A stretch of 64,000 nt of DNA from Octopus sinensis (Eukaryota). Of this stretch, positions 1 to 13,240 are shown in pieces. The stretch lies in the NCBI RefSeq assembly GCF_006345805.1, contig NC_042998.1:1302001-1366000 (forward strand), given 5' to 3'. The notes beneath the pieces are model-generated. The model was not told the origin of the DNA and made no database searches. It saw nothing but the letters and a program-made list of their open reading frames with translations. The first letter of the stretch is position 1. Each line of letters opens with the position of its first letter. The position numbers were made by a program, and so were the translations under genes.

Positions 1-640
1 AAATTAAGTACCAGTGAAACAGTGGGGTCGATGTAATCGACTGTCCTCTCCCCCAAAATTTCAGGCTTTGTGCCTAGAGTAGGAAGGATTATTATACAGC
101 TTTCTTCCAAATTCTACCGTGGTCGACTATGACTTTCATCCTTTCGGGATCGATAAAATAAGTACCATTCATGTACTGGAGTGGATGAAATCGATTAGCC
201 CTCTACCCCACAAACATTCAGGCTTTGTGCCAATAGTAGAAGGAATATTGAGCTGAAGGAGATAAACTAGCTGAATTGCTGGGGCGTCGGACTGAGTGCT
301 TTGCAATATCTTTTCCGACTCTCTTTGCTCTGAGTTCAATTCCTGACGAGGTCAACTTCGCTGTTCCTCCTTTCAGGATCGATAAAATACTTAACAGTCA
401 ATTACTGGGGTCGATGAAATCAACTTGATTCCGCCCTTCAAAACTACTGGCCTTGTGCCAAAACTAGAAAGAATATCCTTGACCTTGTGCTCAACTAGTA
501 TTTATTTTGTCGGTCCTGAAATGATGAAGGACAAAATTGACTTCGACTGCATTTAAACTCAGAACATGAAAGGGCGGAAGATATGCCACCAAGCATTTTG
601 TTCAGTGTACTTAACAACTGTCAGATTGTCGCTGAAGGCA
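1..640. mobile_element. Cluster of SINE copies (family 1: ttacgttctgagttcaaattccgccgaggtcgactttgcctttcatcctttcggggtcgataaa...gtaccag...ggggtcgat...ggccttgtgcc)
   Basis: Several diverged head-to-tail + copies (1-480) and a - copy (about 480-640) of a motif that recurs more than 20 times in the window. Confidence 0.8.
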
Positions 641-1004
641 ATTCTATCAAAACCTCAAACGATATTCAACTAAGTCACCGCTATGTAACGATAAACGATA
701 TTCATTCATAGCAAAATTAGACTTTGGGGTTAGAAAGCAATTGTTATTTTCCGTCCGTTCCAAAGAAGTTATATAACGTGATGCTTCTATTAATAAAGTC
801 GTTAAAACTAGACATGTTTTTAAAAGGAAACGTTGTTAACACACGACAGGCTGCACTTATTTCTAATTCAGAATCACATGATATTGTCATCTGGATGCTT
901 ATTGATTGTTGCGCAACAATACCTTTGCAGTATTTAGCTATTTCTGCATTGCAGTAGCAGTCATATGAGAGAAAACAAGCGGATAAATGGGTTTTCAAGA
1001 CACG

Positions 1005-1005
1005 T

Positions 1006-1043
<38 letters not shown>

Positions 1044-1180
1044 CACACACACACACACATACACACACACATACACACACACACACACACAACACACACA
1101 CACACACACACATTCATACATGCATATACATATGTACATATACAAACATATATGTGTGTACATGTATGTATGTATGTGTA
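1005..1180. repeat. (CA)n/(TA)n/(TATG)n compound microsatellite
   Basis: Direct inspection; explains ORFs 744-1247, 965-1183, 987-1280 and 995-1198. Confidence 0.95.
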
Positions 1181-1830
1181 TAAATACAAAATGAACAAAT
1201 ACTGGACATTTAACGCAGTTATTTTTGAAGTGTCTCCTTTCGTCCATATTTTATTTGTATTTTATAGTTTATTTTTATAGGATTTTTCATCGTTTTCTTT
1301 TTTTACGATAATTTATAGCCATTTTATTTGTGTTTGTTACATATTTATTTGTCCAGTTCGTTTATTTCATGACATTTGTTTGATTTATTATTCGGGTTTT
1401 ATTTTCCTTTTGTTTGTTTCAATAAATTCTACAATTCTAATGGCTTTATGGTTAGTATGTTGGTCTCTCGATCAAAAGATCGTGCGTTCGATTCAAGGAC
1501 CAAGTGGTGCGTTGTCTCCTCGAGCAAAGCTTTCTATTTACATTGCTTCATTTCACTCCGATGACAATTTGTAGCATCCGAGTAGGGTGCTGGTACGAAA
1601 TCCCCGCCCAACCTCGTCTCTCTCTCTCTCTTTCTCTCCCTTCTCCTCTCCCCGCTCTCTCTTTATCTCTCTCCCTTTCCGTCTCTTGCTGTCACATCCT
1701 GGTTATTCCTGAGCACATAAACACCGAAAATAATTAGTGAAAGCAAGGTATATGCGACCGCTATGAGGTCTAGTCCTTGGTGCGATGTCGACGCTTATGC
1801 ACCTCAATGAACCAGAGAGCTCCTGGCTGG

Positions 1831-1882
1831 GCCTCCGCTATCCCTTGACCTGACTGGACAGGTCAAGGGATAGCGGTGAGGC
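1831..1882 (+). other. Perfect 18-bp GC-rich hairpin inside an unclassified repeat-like segment (possible LINE 5' region)
   Basis: ccgctatcccttgacctg (1835-1852) / loop actgga / caggtcaagggatagcgg (1859-1876); 4 further bp after a 2-nt bulge. Confidence 0.8.
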
Positions 1883-2439
1883 TAATATGAAACACTTCTT
1901 CCTCCTTGAGGTAAAAAAAAAAGATGGATTTGCGTAGGACCAGCAGCCCTAGCAAAAAAAAAATGGGAAAAAAGAAACAGGCACAGAAGCGTCGATAACA
2001 ATTCAAAACCAACAAAACCTTGGACAGAAAGGCCTTTCCTCAGGAAAGTGCTTTCCTACCACCATATTGAAAGAATGCCCTGGTCGAGGGCAATGGATAA
2101 AAGTTGCCGCTGCCTATGCTCTCTAAGGAACGATGACCATAAGAAAACACTGGTATGTTCTGCCAAGTGCCCTGAAAGAGCACACCTATGATTAAAGATA
2201 TTCAATCTAATACCATTATATCTCATTTTCAGAAATACTGTACTAATTCAGGGAAGATTATCTCATGTGTCCTTTTGAAAGCCCGTTGTTTATGGTTTGA
2301 GGAAGGTTTAGTTTCCGTATCGAGAAGATACAATGATCAACCATCAAGAAGCTCTTTCTTTGGTGAGACTCATTCATTTCGTTTGAATTGACTCTAATAT
2401 ATTTTGTTTTTAAATAATATTGATTTCATATGTTTGCAC

Positions 2440-3425
2440 AATGCCAACAAGTTCGATGGAGGGGGTAAGTCGATTACAGCGACACCAGTACTCAACTGGT
2501 ACTTATTTTATCGGCCCAAAAAGGATGAAAGGCAAAGCTGACCTCAGCGGGATTTTAACTCAGAACGTGAAGACGTACGAAAGGCCGCTAAGCATTCTAC
2601 CTAGTATGCTAACGATTCTGCCAGCTTGCCTATCAGGTTATTAAATGATATTTAATAGCAAAATCAGGGCAGCGAGCTGGCAGAAACGTTTGCACGCCGG
2701 GCGAAATGCATAACCGTATTTCGTCTGCCGTTACGTTCTGAGTTCAAATTCCACCGAGGTCGACTTTTATCCTTTCGGGGTCGATAAATAAAGTACCAGT
2801 TACGCACTGGGGTCGATATAATCGACTTAATCCGTTTGTCTGTCCTTGTTTGTCCCTTCTGTGTTTAGCCCCTTGTGGGTAGTAAAGAAATAGGTATTTC
2901 TTCTGCCGTTACGTTCTGAGTTCAAGTTCCGCCGAGGCCGACTTTGCCTTTCATCCTTTCGAGGTCGACAAATTAAGTACCAGTTGTGTACTGGAGGTCG
3001 ATCTAATCGACTGGCCCCCTCCCCCAAAATTTCAAGGCTTGTGCCTAGAGTAAAAGAGAATTGTTCGTCCGTTTTTACGTTCTGAGTTCAAATTCCGCCG
3101 AGGTCGACTTTGCATTTCATCTTTTCAGGGTCGATCAAATAAGTATCAGCTGTACTGCGGTCGATGTAATCGTATTACGCTCTCCCTGAAATTGTTGACC
3201 TTGGGCCAAAATTTGAAATCAATATTAAAATCGTTAGCGTGTTAGAGAAAAAACGCTTAGTGACATTTCTTCCAGGTCTTTACATTTTGTGTTCAAATTC
3301 CGCCGAGGTCGCATTTTTCTTTCAGCCTTTTAGATTCGATAAAACAAAGTATCAAGCAAGTACTGCGATCGATGTAATCGAATAATTCCTCAATTTCTGG
3401 CCTTGAGCCAAAATTTGAAACCGTT
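2440..3425. mobile_element. Cluster of family-1 SINE copies (one - copy, then tandem + copies)
   Basis: Repeated gttctgagttcaaattccgccgaggtcgactttgcctttcatcc cores near 2735, 2910, 3075 and 3290. Confidence 0.85.
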
Positions 3426-3599
3426 ATGAAAGTTTATATTATCCATTCTCAAGAAATTAAAGACAAAGTAAAGCTGGATAATTTTCGACTCAATAAGCGG
3501 ATTAGCTGAAATAGTTACAGCTGGGTTTACAGTTTGCTGTTATATTGTCTTTGCCATTCGCACCAAACTAAATTTCTATGTAAATTAAAACCAGCGTCG

Positions 3600-4600
3600 G
3601 ATTCCAATTGAAAGGCTACGAAGGACATAATTATGTTTTTGATTGCGGAGAACCAAGAAAGGTGGAAATGCATCTGGCGTTCTTGCTGATAACTGCTGGG
3701 GTGAATGCTGGTCCCTCTTCGATATTTATTGCGTTTTTAAGCACAGCACATCTGACAAAGAGCCTAGTAATTGGCCTATCAACAATCTGTATACATTAAG
3801 TATGATACACAGACGGTTATAGAAATGTCCATTTTAACAAATAACTGATTTAGTTGAAGAAATATTTGGTTTCCTTTTTACTGGGCACAAAATCCTTATA
3901 TAGTAATGTTAAAAAGTGTGCATGGTGGGTTGATACCGTGACATTCAATTTTTCTCAAGACCATGAACGGCGAAAGAGAGATCAAATGGTTTCGAGCAGA
4001 TATTGAAAGTATTGCAGCAGATCAACTGGCCGAAAGATTTTTCCCTTGCTCTAGAATGCTCAACGATGTGAAACAAACAAATATTATTTCAATTTGATAA
4101 CAAAAGAATCCAACTGGAACTCGTTCATCTTTTGCATTCCGCTTTTCTTTATCAATTCCCCACAGCTCCACTCATAGTAACTTATGGTTGGCTCCACTGA
4201 GATTGCTTTCCTTTCTTTCAATTGTGTCAAAGCACGTAGTTGGTTTGTCATTAGCTTCCAGCGACGTTTTAAGGATTAAAGAAACTTTGCTCGGCTTCCA
4301 TCGTATCTACTAGCCATCGTATCAATTCGTTTAACACTTATTCTATGTGTTACACAGTTCATTAGGTCAGTTAGAATAGGGAGTAGGTTGAATAAAAAGA
4401 TTTGCCTATTAGCTGAAAGATTTAATGGCTTTGACACTTCACCATTGTGAATCTACGATGATGAAGTAACGATGACTTGTTTGGGAGGGCGCGGTTAGAG
4501 ACGATTTTGTTTATTACTGCAGTAAATGGAAGGAATTCCTGGGGGAAGGATTTTGATCGCTCGCAAAGAAATTTATTAAGTTAAATACTGGAAAGTCAAA
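3600..4600 (-). pseudogene. Highly decayed LINE reverse transcriptase remnant (L2/CR1-like, tentative)
   Basis: Frameshifted minus-strand peptides ALPNKSSLL, LLPILTDLMN, WKPSKVSLILK, FNICSKPFD and YLMYTDC occur in RT motif order; many stops. Confidence 0.35.
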
Positions 4601-5169
4601 TCTAATCATGAAGAAAGTCAAACAAATTTGTTCGTGAGTAATTCAAGAATGAACAAAATGTAGAGTGTTATTAATTTCTAATTGGGAATTTGTATTTTCT
4701 TTTTACATTTCTCCCTTGACATTTAGCTCCTTTGGGTACTTCTGGTGATATGTTTACAGAATTTTACAGTATGATGGACTCCATGATGGAGCCCATCTTG
4801 AGTTTAAGCTTCAGTAAACTTTCAGCAAGAACTGTAAGCTATCGATTATGGAGTTGGTTTTGTATCGTCAACCAAAAGTTTCCATTACGAAGGGTGCCTA
4901 ATTATCAGCTAAACAAATAGAATGAGAAAAATAGACAGAGCGCGCTTTCTCCATTCGGAAAAAAAGGAGTGATTTAAACAATATAGCTTTTCCATAATTA
5001 TTAGTCTCTTTTTTTTTTCTAAGCTGAAGCACAAGTCACTTGAATTGGTGCCAGTTGTGGACGTGATTCTGAAAGCAGTACAGAATATATAGGGGAGCAT
5101 GATCATTAGATGTCTCTCCTAGGTGAAGCTTGGCCATAAGAGGCTGGTAGTATTCCATCGAATTAAAAA

Positions 5170-6150
5170 GATAGTAACACCATCTCTATGTTCAAAAAGG
5201 GTGATAAGAATGAATTCGTAAACTATCGAGGGATTTCTCTCCCTCACATATTCGGAAAGAACCCCCTAAGAAACTTCAGACTGAGATTCCATTGGTCTGA
5301 ATGAGAAAAATTACAGTTTGAGATTCTACTTGAAACTTGGTGTGAATTCAGAAAGGGAAAAGCCCCATCAATGTAGTGGTCTGTTTTCAACATATTCTGG
5401 AGAAATGAGTGGAACAGAAGACATTCTGGGTAGTCTTCAATGATTTCACAAACACATTTAACATGGTAAACCGGTCGGTCACGTAGCATGTTTTCAGAAA
5501 GTTCAGATCTCCAGAAACATCCTCGCGTACGATGGAGTCTTTGGGCACCAGCACGAAAGCTCAAGTTACACAAGTGAAATTCAGATCTGCACACAGGTTG
5601 ATGTTACTGTGGAATTCAACAGGGCTACCCGCTGTTACAAATGTTATTCTCCATGTGTTTACCAGTGATGTCCAAAGCATCTGTCTGCTCCTCAACTGAA
5701 AGCGTTTACATAGTGACAAGATCTGGAGCTAATTTATTTTAGATGACGCATCACGGAGGTAAGGCTTCGGCAACAGAATTACTGTTAATTATGCTCTTTT
5801 ATATCATTGGAGATATGCAGAACGTGGTGAATGCATTCGACAGTGCAGTAGTAAAGTTCGATTTGAAGATTATTATCCGAAAGAATGAAGTTCTTTATCA
5901 GCCAAGCCCTGACTCTATGTAACGAACAAAATCTCTGCTGGCTTGGACATGGCTCATGAACGGAGGAAACTCGGTTACTAAAAGATAAATACTCTATCCA
6001 CAGTTGTCTAGTGGTATGAGAAATAAGGACAGACCCCGCCCCCAACTGAGATACAAAGATGTAGATAAACGCAGCTTGAAGAGACTGAACGATGATACTC
6101 ACCCCCGGGCTACAACAGCTGGGAACAGAAAAAACAGTGTTGGAGATGGA
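5170..6150 (+). pseudogene. RTE-clade LINE reverse transcriptase remnant
   Basis: FKKGDKNEFVNYRGISL, VVFNDFTNTFNMVNR, GIQQGYPL, DMQNVVNAFD...KNEVLYQPSP and GMRNKDRPRPQLRYKDVDKRSLKRL in RTE order, with stops and frameshifts. Confidence 0.85.
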
Positions 6151-7874
6151 TTCCCTTCTGATAGTCATGGTGCTTCATATGGTCTGTCACCGTTGACTAT
6201 CGACGGACTGTTTATGATTATAACTTGTCATTATTTCGACAACCTATGGTGTATAAAAACAAAACCAACTTCGGCAATATTTAAGCTACTTATAATGTAG
6301 AAGTGCGAACTGTTTAAGAACAAGGTCAAATCTTGTAACATATTCAGTCCTCTACTTCCACAGTTTTGCTAACTGCACTGGAATTTTAAAATTTATAATT
6401 AATATTTAATTTTAGAGTTACTTTTGTTTCCTTGTATGAAACAGTATGAATAAACTTGCTCAACTTCCTAAATATAATCGTGAAACAGTCTTGAATCAAG
6501 TATTACTCGTTTATTAAAGAGAAAAGCTAAGAATACACAAATGTTAACAAATACGGTTGTTTGCTAAGCGGAGACTTGCAAATGATGAATAGCATATTGT
6601 TACGACTGGCCAGCACGACGTTCGTGTAACACTAATTCTGCACAAGCATTTTATCCTTATCTTCGAGTCTATAAATATGATATGTTTACTTTTCATATCT
6701 ATGTAATGTTTTTAACACTCCAATACAAATTATTAACCAGGTTATCATCAGTCTTCATATTCCAACTTTTCTGGCATCAGTACCGTTACTAGTCAAATTG
6801 ATTGTTTCACAAACATATATGTCGACTGTACTCTACTTTTATTTAATTCAATCACAAATAAAATAACACATAAATTAAAGAAATGAATGAAAACTGTAGT
6901 ACAGACTGGTAAATGTTGTGAGTAAAGCGTCTAAATATTTCGTTGCATTTCGTTGAATGCTGAAAAACACGCGATTCGTAGCAAACTCTCGGCTCTTCTT
7001 GGCTAAACTAGAAGCACGTAGAGATGCATAATGTAAACCTTCTACTGTTATTAAATGAAAATAGAAAGAAACCCCTAACAATCATCTTTATTTTATTCTG
7101 TCACTGGTTTCTTTCATTAGAGTACAGCCATACTGGAGCACATTCTGGAAGGTTCTTAAGCCACTGACACCGATAACAATGCATTTGCTTTAATTCATAA
7201 GAGACAAAAACTCGACTGAACGTAAGGAGAGTCCACTGACCCAGAACGAAATACTACAAGGCATTTTAGTTGAACGCACCGATTTTTACCACCTGACATG
7301 GACACATATTTATGAGCGCGTGCTGCATGTACAGGTCTCTGTGTGTGTGCGTGTATGTGTGTGTATGTCTGTATAAGTGTGTGTATGTGTGTGCTACTAG
7401 TACACCATACATATTTTGTGGCTAAGTTGCAATGTGAAATAAGCGTTTTTAACCAACAAATTTAACCTAGTCATGAACAGAGAGACAAAACACGATGTAT
7501 AACCACTTATTTTACTTTTCCCAAGCAAGTTAAACCTTCAGCTAGGATAAATTGTACGATTATAAAAATGATATAATTAACATCTTTCAAAACGCTGTGT
7601 ACTATTAATTCACGCTGTTAGCGCATGTACTGTTAATCAAATTAGACAGACCTGATTCATTGTCTTGCTTGTATAGCATATTATAGCATATAGCAATATA
7701 AAGCTACATGCAACTGAACTCTTTGAGATCAGAAGTAGGCTAATCTTTTTCTGTTGCGGGTCTAACTACTTACAAAACATAATCTTGTGTGATCCTATGT
7801 TTACTTTTCACAACGAGGCTAAATTGTAGGTTTGTTGGAAAAAAAGAATACCTTGCAATTAAAATTTCAAAATG

Positions 7875-7890
7875 TATGTGTGCGTGTGTG

Positions 7891-7987
<97 letters not shown>

Positions 7988-8030
7988 GTGTGTTGTGTCT
8001 GTGTGTTGTGTCTGTGTGTATACATGCTTG
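7875..8030. repeat. (TG)n microsatellite
   Basis: Direct inspection. Confidence 0.95.
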
Positions 8031-8040
8031 CGTAAATATA

Positions 8041-9307
8041 TTAGGTCGTCAAGTACGAAATTTGTAGTAAGGTATATGGTAAATTTTGACAGCTGTCCAT
8101 ATTGCGCCATTATTATATTTTGACAATCTTTATTTTTTGTTAGAAAGCTGACACATCTATTTCGTTATTCTAACTCATTTTGCACTTTATAAAGTATTTA
8201 TAAATCGTTTTTTGCTGTTTTTGTTTAGAGGTGAATACCTCGGAAATTCGTACAGTTTTGAAATATGAGTTCTCTCTTGGAAATATAGCATCACAGACAA
8301 CTCGGAATATTAATGGAGTATTTCATTCTAATTTGATACAGCAGATAGTATCAAATTGGTTTGCAAAATTTTGTTCTGGTAACTTTGACCTTACAAATGA
8401 GCAATCCGGTCGACCAGAAACAAAGGTGGATAATGACGAACTGAAAGCCACCGTTGAGTTAGATCTATCTCAAAGTGCCCATGAATTATCGTTGTTGTTT
8501 GTTGTTAGCAAGCAAACAATATTGACTCACCTAGTTCAAATGGGTTATGTGAAAAAGTTGGATAAGTGGGGGTTCCTCATGAACTCAATGAAAATCAGAA
8601 ACAGCAACGTTTGGAAGCTTGCATCATGCTGCTTTCTCGTCACAAAAATGAATCATTTTTTAATCAAATTGTAACATGTGATGAGAAATGGTTCAGCACA
8701 ATGGTTGGATAAAGACGAGCCACCAAAACACAGTCCAAAAAGCAAAATTCAACAAAAGAAGCTGATGGTGTGTGTTTGGTGGTCTGGCGCAGGTGTGATC
8801 CATTATGATTTTATCAATGTTGGATCGTCAGTCACGGCCGAAGTATACTGCAGCCAACTGGACCAAATGATGCAGAAACTTATAAAAACAAAACAGCCTA
8901 GATTAGTCAACAGATCGCCTCCTATTTTATTGCAAGACAACGCTAGAGCACGTATCGCAAAAAGGACATAGGCGAAACTACAAGAAATGGAGTTGGAAGG
9001 TCTCCATCATCCACCATACTCACCTGATCTTACCCCCACTGATTACCACTTCTTCCAGAATTTGGTTAACTTTTTGATAGGAAGAAATTTAATTCCGACG
9101 ATGCTGTAAAACAGGCCTTCCAAGATTTTATTGACTCTAGATTGCCAGGCTCTTTCAGTTCTGGGTTGAACAAGCTACCAATAAAATGGCAAAAGTGTAT
9201 TGACAATATGGGTGCATATTTTGATGAATAAAACTATTCCTTGTATTTATAAAACATTAACAAATATTTTTTTTTCTTTTCTACAAATTTCATACTTGAC
9301 GACCTAA
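8041..9307 (+). mobile_element. Full-length mariner DNA transposon (defective transposase)
   Basis: 27-bp TIRs ttaggtcgtcaagtacgaaatttgtag (8041-8067) and ctacaaatttcatacttgacgacctaa (9281-9307), 1 mismatch; TA at 8039-8040 and 9308-9309. Confidence 0.95.
8231..9231 (+). pseudogene. Mariner (DD34D-type) transposase pseudogene
   Basis: HTH region; VKKLDKW, IVTCDEKW, KKLMVCVWW, LLQDNAR and HPPYSPDL motifs; frameshifts and an in-frame stop. Confidence 0.93.
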
Positions 9308-9309
9308 TA

Positions 9310-9758
9310 TAGTTGACGAACATGTTGATATGATTAGTGTGTGCTGGAACTCCTGCCAACGAATTTTGAACGAGGAATAGCGAATGAAAAGAGTTACAGC
9401 CAAATCTGTGCCTCGCTTGCTCACGGAAGATCAAAAGTAGTCACAAGTGAATGCTTGTTGTGAACTGAAAGAACAGCTGGAAGTTGATCCGGAACTTTTT
9501 ACGAGGGTCATCACTGGTGATGAACGAAGGTGCTACGGGATTTGCAGATGTGGAAGAGGTGAAGAAAAAGAAGACGGAGGCATTAAAAGGCATTACTTCG
9601 CAAGAGTTCCAACACTGATTCCAATCGTGGAAAACGCACCTGGACTGGTGCATTGCTTCAAATGGGGAATACTTTGAAGGTGGTAAAAGTGTAAACACTC
9701 AAAACTAAGTAAAAAAAATGATATTTCAAAATTCCAATTCCTTTTGGGTACCCCCTCA
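9310..9758 (+). mobile_element. 5'-truncated, internally deleted mariner of a second subfamily
   Basis: MKRVTAKSVPRLLTEDQK, FTRVITGDE, then a jump to the C-terminal FADVEEVK...CIASNGEYFEG; ends in a ttttgggtaccccctca|ta TIR-like end. Confidence 0.85.
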
Positions 9759-11469
9759 TATATATATATATATATATATACGTACAAACATACATACATA
9801 TATGTTTGTATGTATACACATACACACACACATACAGGTTTGTGAATAATCTTAAATGGAGACATAAATGCAAGACAATCTAAGGTAATGTCACGTGGCT
9901 TGTACCAAATTTTGACTTTCACGTTTTTCTTTCACGGCACGTTTTCTTTCAGCGCATCGAAAAGTAAACCGTTTTTGTGCCTTCAGTTTCTAACCACAGC
10001 GACTCTAAAATTAAAAGCGTCTTTAAAGTAGCTGTATGAATCATCTGCAATTAAGAGAAAGATAGATTCTAAATGGTTAGAGGTCTTGAGGTCGACCAAG
10101 TTCGCCCAGCTGTTCTAAGACATCATTGTAGACAACCGCCAATGAATCGATTAATATCGTCCCCTAGTACATCAAAGTGACTAAGTTCACTCTTAGATAT
10201 ATAGTGCACGAGAGGATTAGGTATAAGCCATGTGATGAGGTGACGTCACTTCACCTCTAGAAAATCTCGTATGAACCGCATGACCACGTGACCGTTGCCT
10301 CCTGGCTCTCTTGATTTGGATTCTCTGGATTGTTGTCTGGGCCGTCGTCGAGGGCGAATGTTCGGAGATTTTAACGTGCCAAAGACTAGAGACATGGTAG
10401 GTGGCATGGACAGGGATCATCTAACCCTCGGATACAGTTGCTTCGTGGCTATATCAGGGGCGTTACTAGAGCTGATAATGGTTTAGATGGATGGCATATT
10501 TGTTTAAAGAAACTATTGAACGGGTATGGAATTTTTCTGGGAGTTCGCTATTTGATTTTTTCCTCTCTGGTGCCTTGTTTGTTTGTTTGTTTTTCTTGTG
10601 ATTTCTTTACTCAGAGTTTCTACCTACCAAATTTACCTCTCAAAACCTTTGGTCAACTATATGGTTGGTTGGCCCGAGGCTTTCTGCAGACTCGAAGCTT
10701 CGTTAGAATTAATTTGTCCAAGGAGCCACACAGCAGTATCGAACCTAGAACGACGTGTTTGCAAAGCGAATTTCTTAGTTACACAGCTATAAGATTTTTT
10801 CCTGGCTTAGACATGTTATTATGTCACATTGTGACCTTAGGTAAATCCTGATCGAGAAGACAACAATCAAAGACAGTAACCATGTTGTATTTCATGGATG
10901 TCGTGACATCTGTTCTTTTTACAGAAGTATTAACGACGTAAGTCAAATAAAATAAAATCAAATATTTCCAGCATTGTAGGATCCGCTGACCGGAAGTTTA
11001 TTTCTGGTTTACCTTTGCAGGATACAACTCTTCTCGCCGCAAAATACAACTTTGTAAATCAAAGCAGAAGTGATGAGCATTAAAAGAAATCAATGTTTTA
11101 CAAAACAGAATCAGTGAATGAAAGGAAGGTTTCATATGGCTATTTAAGCCAGCTGTGGTTTGTTTGCTTGTTTGTTTATTTATCTATTTACTTATTTATT
11201 TATGTGTTCTCAACAAAATGATTGGAAAGAAAACGCATACACAAAGTTTGTTTACAATGGAAAGTACCAAGGTTGAAGAGTTGGTTGTTTCCTTTTGCGT
11301 CTACCTTGTTTGCGATATGTTTATAGTTAAAGAACTCAACCTCTCTCTGTAGCTATAACTGACTACTTGCTATCGCAGACCGTGGGAAGCGGTATGGAGT
11401 TGTGCAACTTGCTTAAAATAACCAAGACATCTCCTCTAAATCTCGCATTACAGCAAATGTTCCTGGGTG

Positions 11470-11775
11470 AAGGTACGTGGCTAAGTGGATAGTGTATTCG
11501 GCCCACGATGGTGAGGTCGTGAGTTCGATAGCTGGCGGCGGCGCATTATTCCCTTGAGCAAAACACTTCATTTTGCGTTACTCCAGTCTACTCAGCTGAC
11601 AACAATGAGTAATACCTGTATTTCAAATGGCCAACCTTGTCACATTCTGTGTCACCCTGAATCTCACTGAGACCTACGCGGTGGCTACGCTAGTCTGTGG
11701 AGTGTTCCGCCATTTACACGTTAATTTCATGAGCAGGCTGTTTCCATTGATCGGATCAACTAGAACCTCACGTCT
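11470..11775 (+). mobile_element. tRNA-derived SINE
   Basis: A-box-like gtggctaagtgg and B-box-like gagttcgatag, followed by the ccttgagcaaaacacttcattt...ctccagtctactcagctg body seen in other copies (e.g. about 35700, and 63250-63425 on -). Confidence 0.7.
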
Positions 11776-11779
11776 GGCT

Positions 11780-11878
11780 AATAACGATTCTATTGTTATT
11801 AAAATGACAGATAAGGAAGGGGCTATCGTAATTATGGACAAAAGTGAGTATATTTCGGATTGTGATCAAAATGCATGA
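11780..11878 (+). pseudogene. Penelope-like element RT fragment
   Basis: NNDSIVIKMTDKEGAIVIMDKSEY resembles the conserved PLE motif IVIKPADKG-x-x-VVIMD-x-x-x-Y. Confidence 0.7.
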
Positions 11879-12019
11879 GGAGAAATATATTTGCCGGTTA
11901 TTAACATCAGCCCTCGAGGAATGAATAAAATGACAGGACAATATCATCAGATTTACACAAAACTGTTTGATTCAATATTCTTTTTTATTTCCTCTTTTTT
12001 CTGTCTTTTTTTTTCTATC

Positions 12020-12227
12020 AAGGCGGCGTGCTGGCAGAATCGTTAGGACGCCGGGCAAAACGCTTAGAGGTATTTCGCCGTCTTTACGTTCTGATTTCAA
12101 ATTCCGCCGAGGTCGCCATTGCCTTTCATCCTTTCGGAATCGATGAAATAAGTAGCAGTTGAGCACTGAGGTCGATGAAATCCACTTACCCATTCCCCCA
12201 AATTGCAGGCCTTATGCCTATAGTAGG

Positions 12228-12286
<59 letters not shown>

Positions 12287-12302
12287 CATCATTATTATTA
12301 TT
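12020..12302 (+). mobile_element. Family-1 SINE with (ATT)n tail
   Basis: Core motif at about 12080-12150; (att)n 12228-12302. Confidence 0.85.
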
Positions 12303-12304
12303 TC

Positions 12305-13240
12305 GTTTTATCTCAGGTTTTGTTGTATCTCCTGGGGTCTTGCCATGTGTAGCGGGATTGCTGCCTGTAGCCTACGATAGCATGCTATCTGTTCTGTTCA
12401 ATCGTCTAATACTTTCTTGATGATTCTGGCCGTGCCAAGGAGGCAAACCTCTTGCAACAGTTCTACTGGACACTCTATTCCGATTTCCTTTATATTCCTC
12501 TTGGTGCTTTCTGATACTGTCCCCAAAGACTCAACAATAATTGGCACTATCTTCACCTTCTTCATTTTCCATAGCCGGGCTATTTCGTACTTAAAGGGGT
12601 TGTATTTATCTATTTTTTCGCCTTCCTTCTCGACTATTCGTGGATCAAAGGGGCACGTGTGGTGCACCTTGCCGACCACCACAAGGTCCGATCTGTTATG
12701 CTGTAGCACCTGACCTGTTTGGATTGGGAAATCCAAGACGATTGTGCAAGTCTCCGACTCCACCAATCTCTGCGGTTTCTTTCATACTACTTCTTACCTC
12801 CTTCTAGCCCCACTTTTCGCAGTTTCCATTGTAACACTTTTGCTACCTTATCGTGTCGCCATAACTTGTAGTGGTTTGGGGTAAGTCTAGGGCATTCGTT
12901 TGTGATATGGGTAATGGTTTCATCCACTCTATCACAGATGCGGCACAGCGGTGGCACTTGTTCGTTCCTAAAGTTAGCCCTCCAATTCGTGGCTACAGCT
13001 CGGTCTTGCACTGCCAGTATAGTGCTCATAGTTTCTGTTTGTCAATGTTACTTTCTTCAGACAATCCCACCTATTTTCCAGCAACTTCTGTTCTGACTAC
13101 AGGGAATTAATTGGGTTGTCCCTTGTTGCGTAATGCTTTGTCGTGTCTTTTTTGTACTTTGGCGAGAAGGCATTGCTCAAAATCCTCCGAGGCTTGTGGG
13201 ACGGAGGGGGGAAGGTATCGTCAAACCGGAGATTTGGTTC
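12305..13240 (-). mobile_element. 3' end of an R4/Dong-like non-LTR retrotransposon (CCHC finger plus restriction-like endonuclease), degenerate
   Basis: CRICDRVDETITHITNEC zinc knuckle; QHNRSDLVVV...CPFDPRIVEKEGEKIDKY...EIARLW...VPIIVESLG REL domain; short 3' UTR ending in (AAT)n. Confidence 0.9.

Noticed and set aside
6875-7081. Minus-strand ORF with a plausible acceptor as a host exon
   Set aside because: No recognisable homology and no convincing donor site
10295-10486. GDFN motif as a LINE AP-endonuclease remnant
   Set aside because: A single 4-aa motif without the other endonuclease motifs in order
13030-13065. CTGAAGA...GAAAC hammerhead-like match on the minus strand
   Set aside because: No stem II or stem I pairing; lies in R4-like coding sequence
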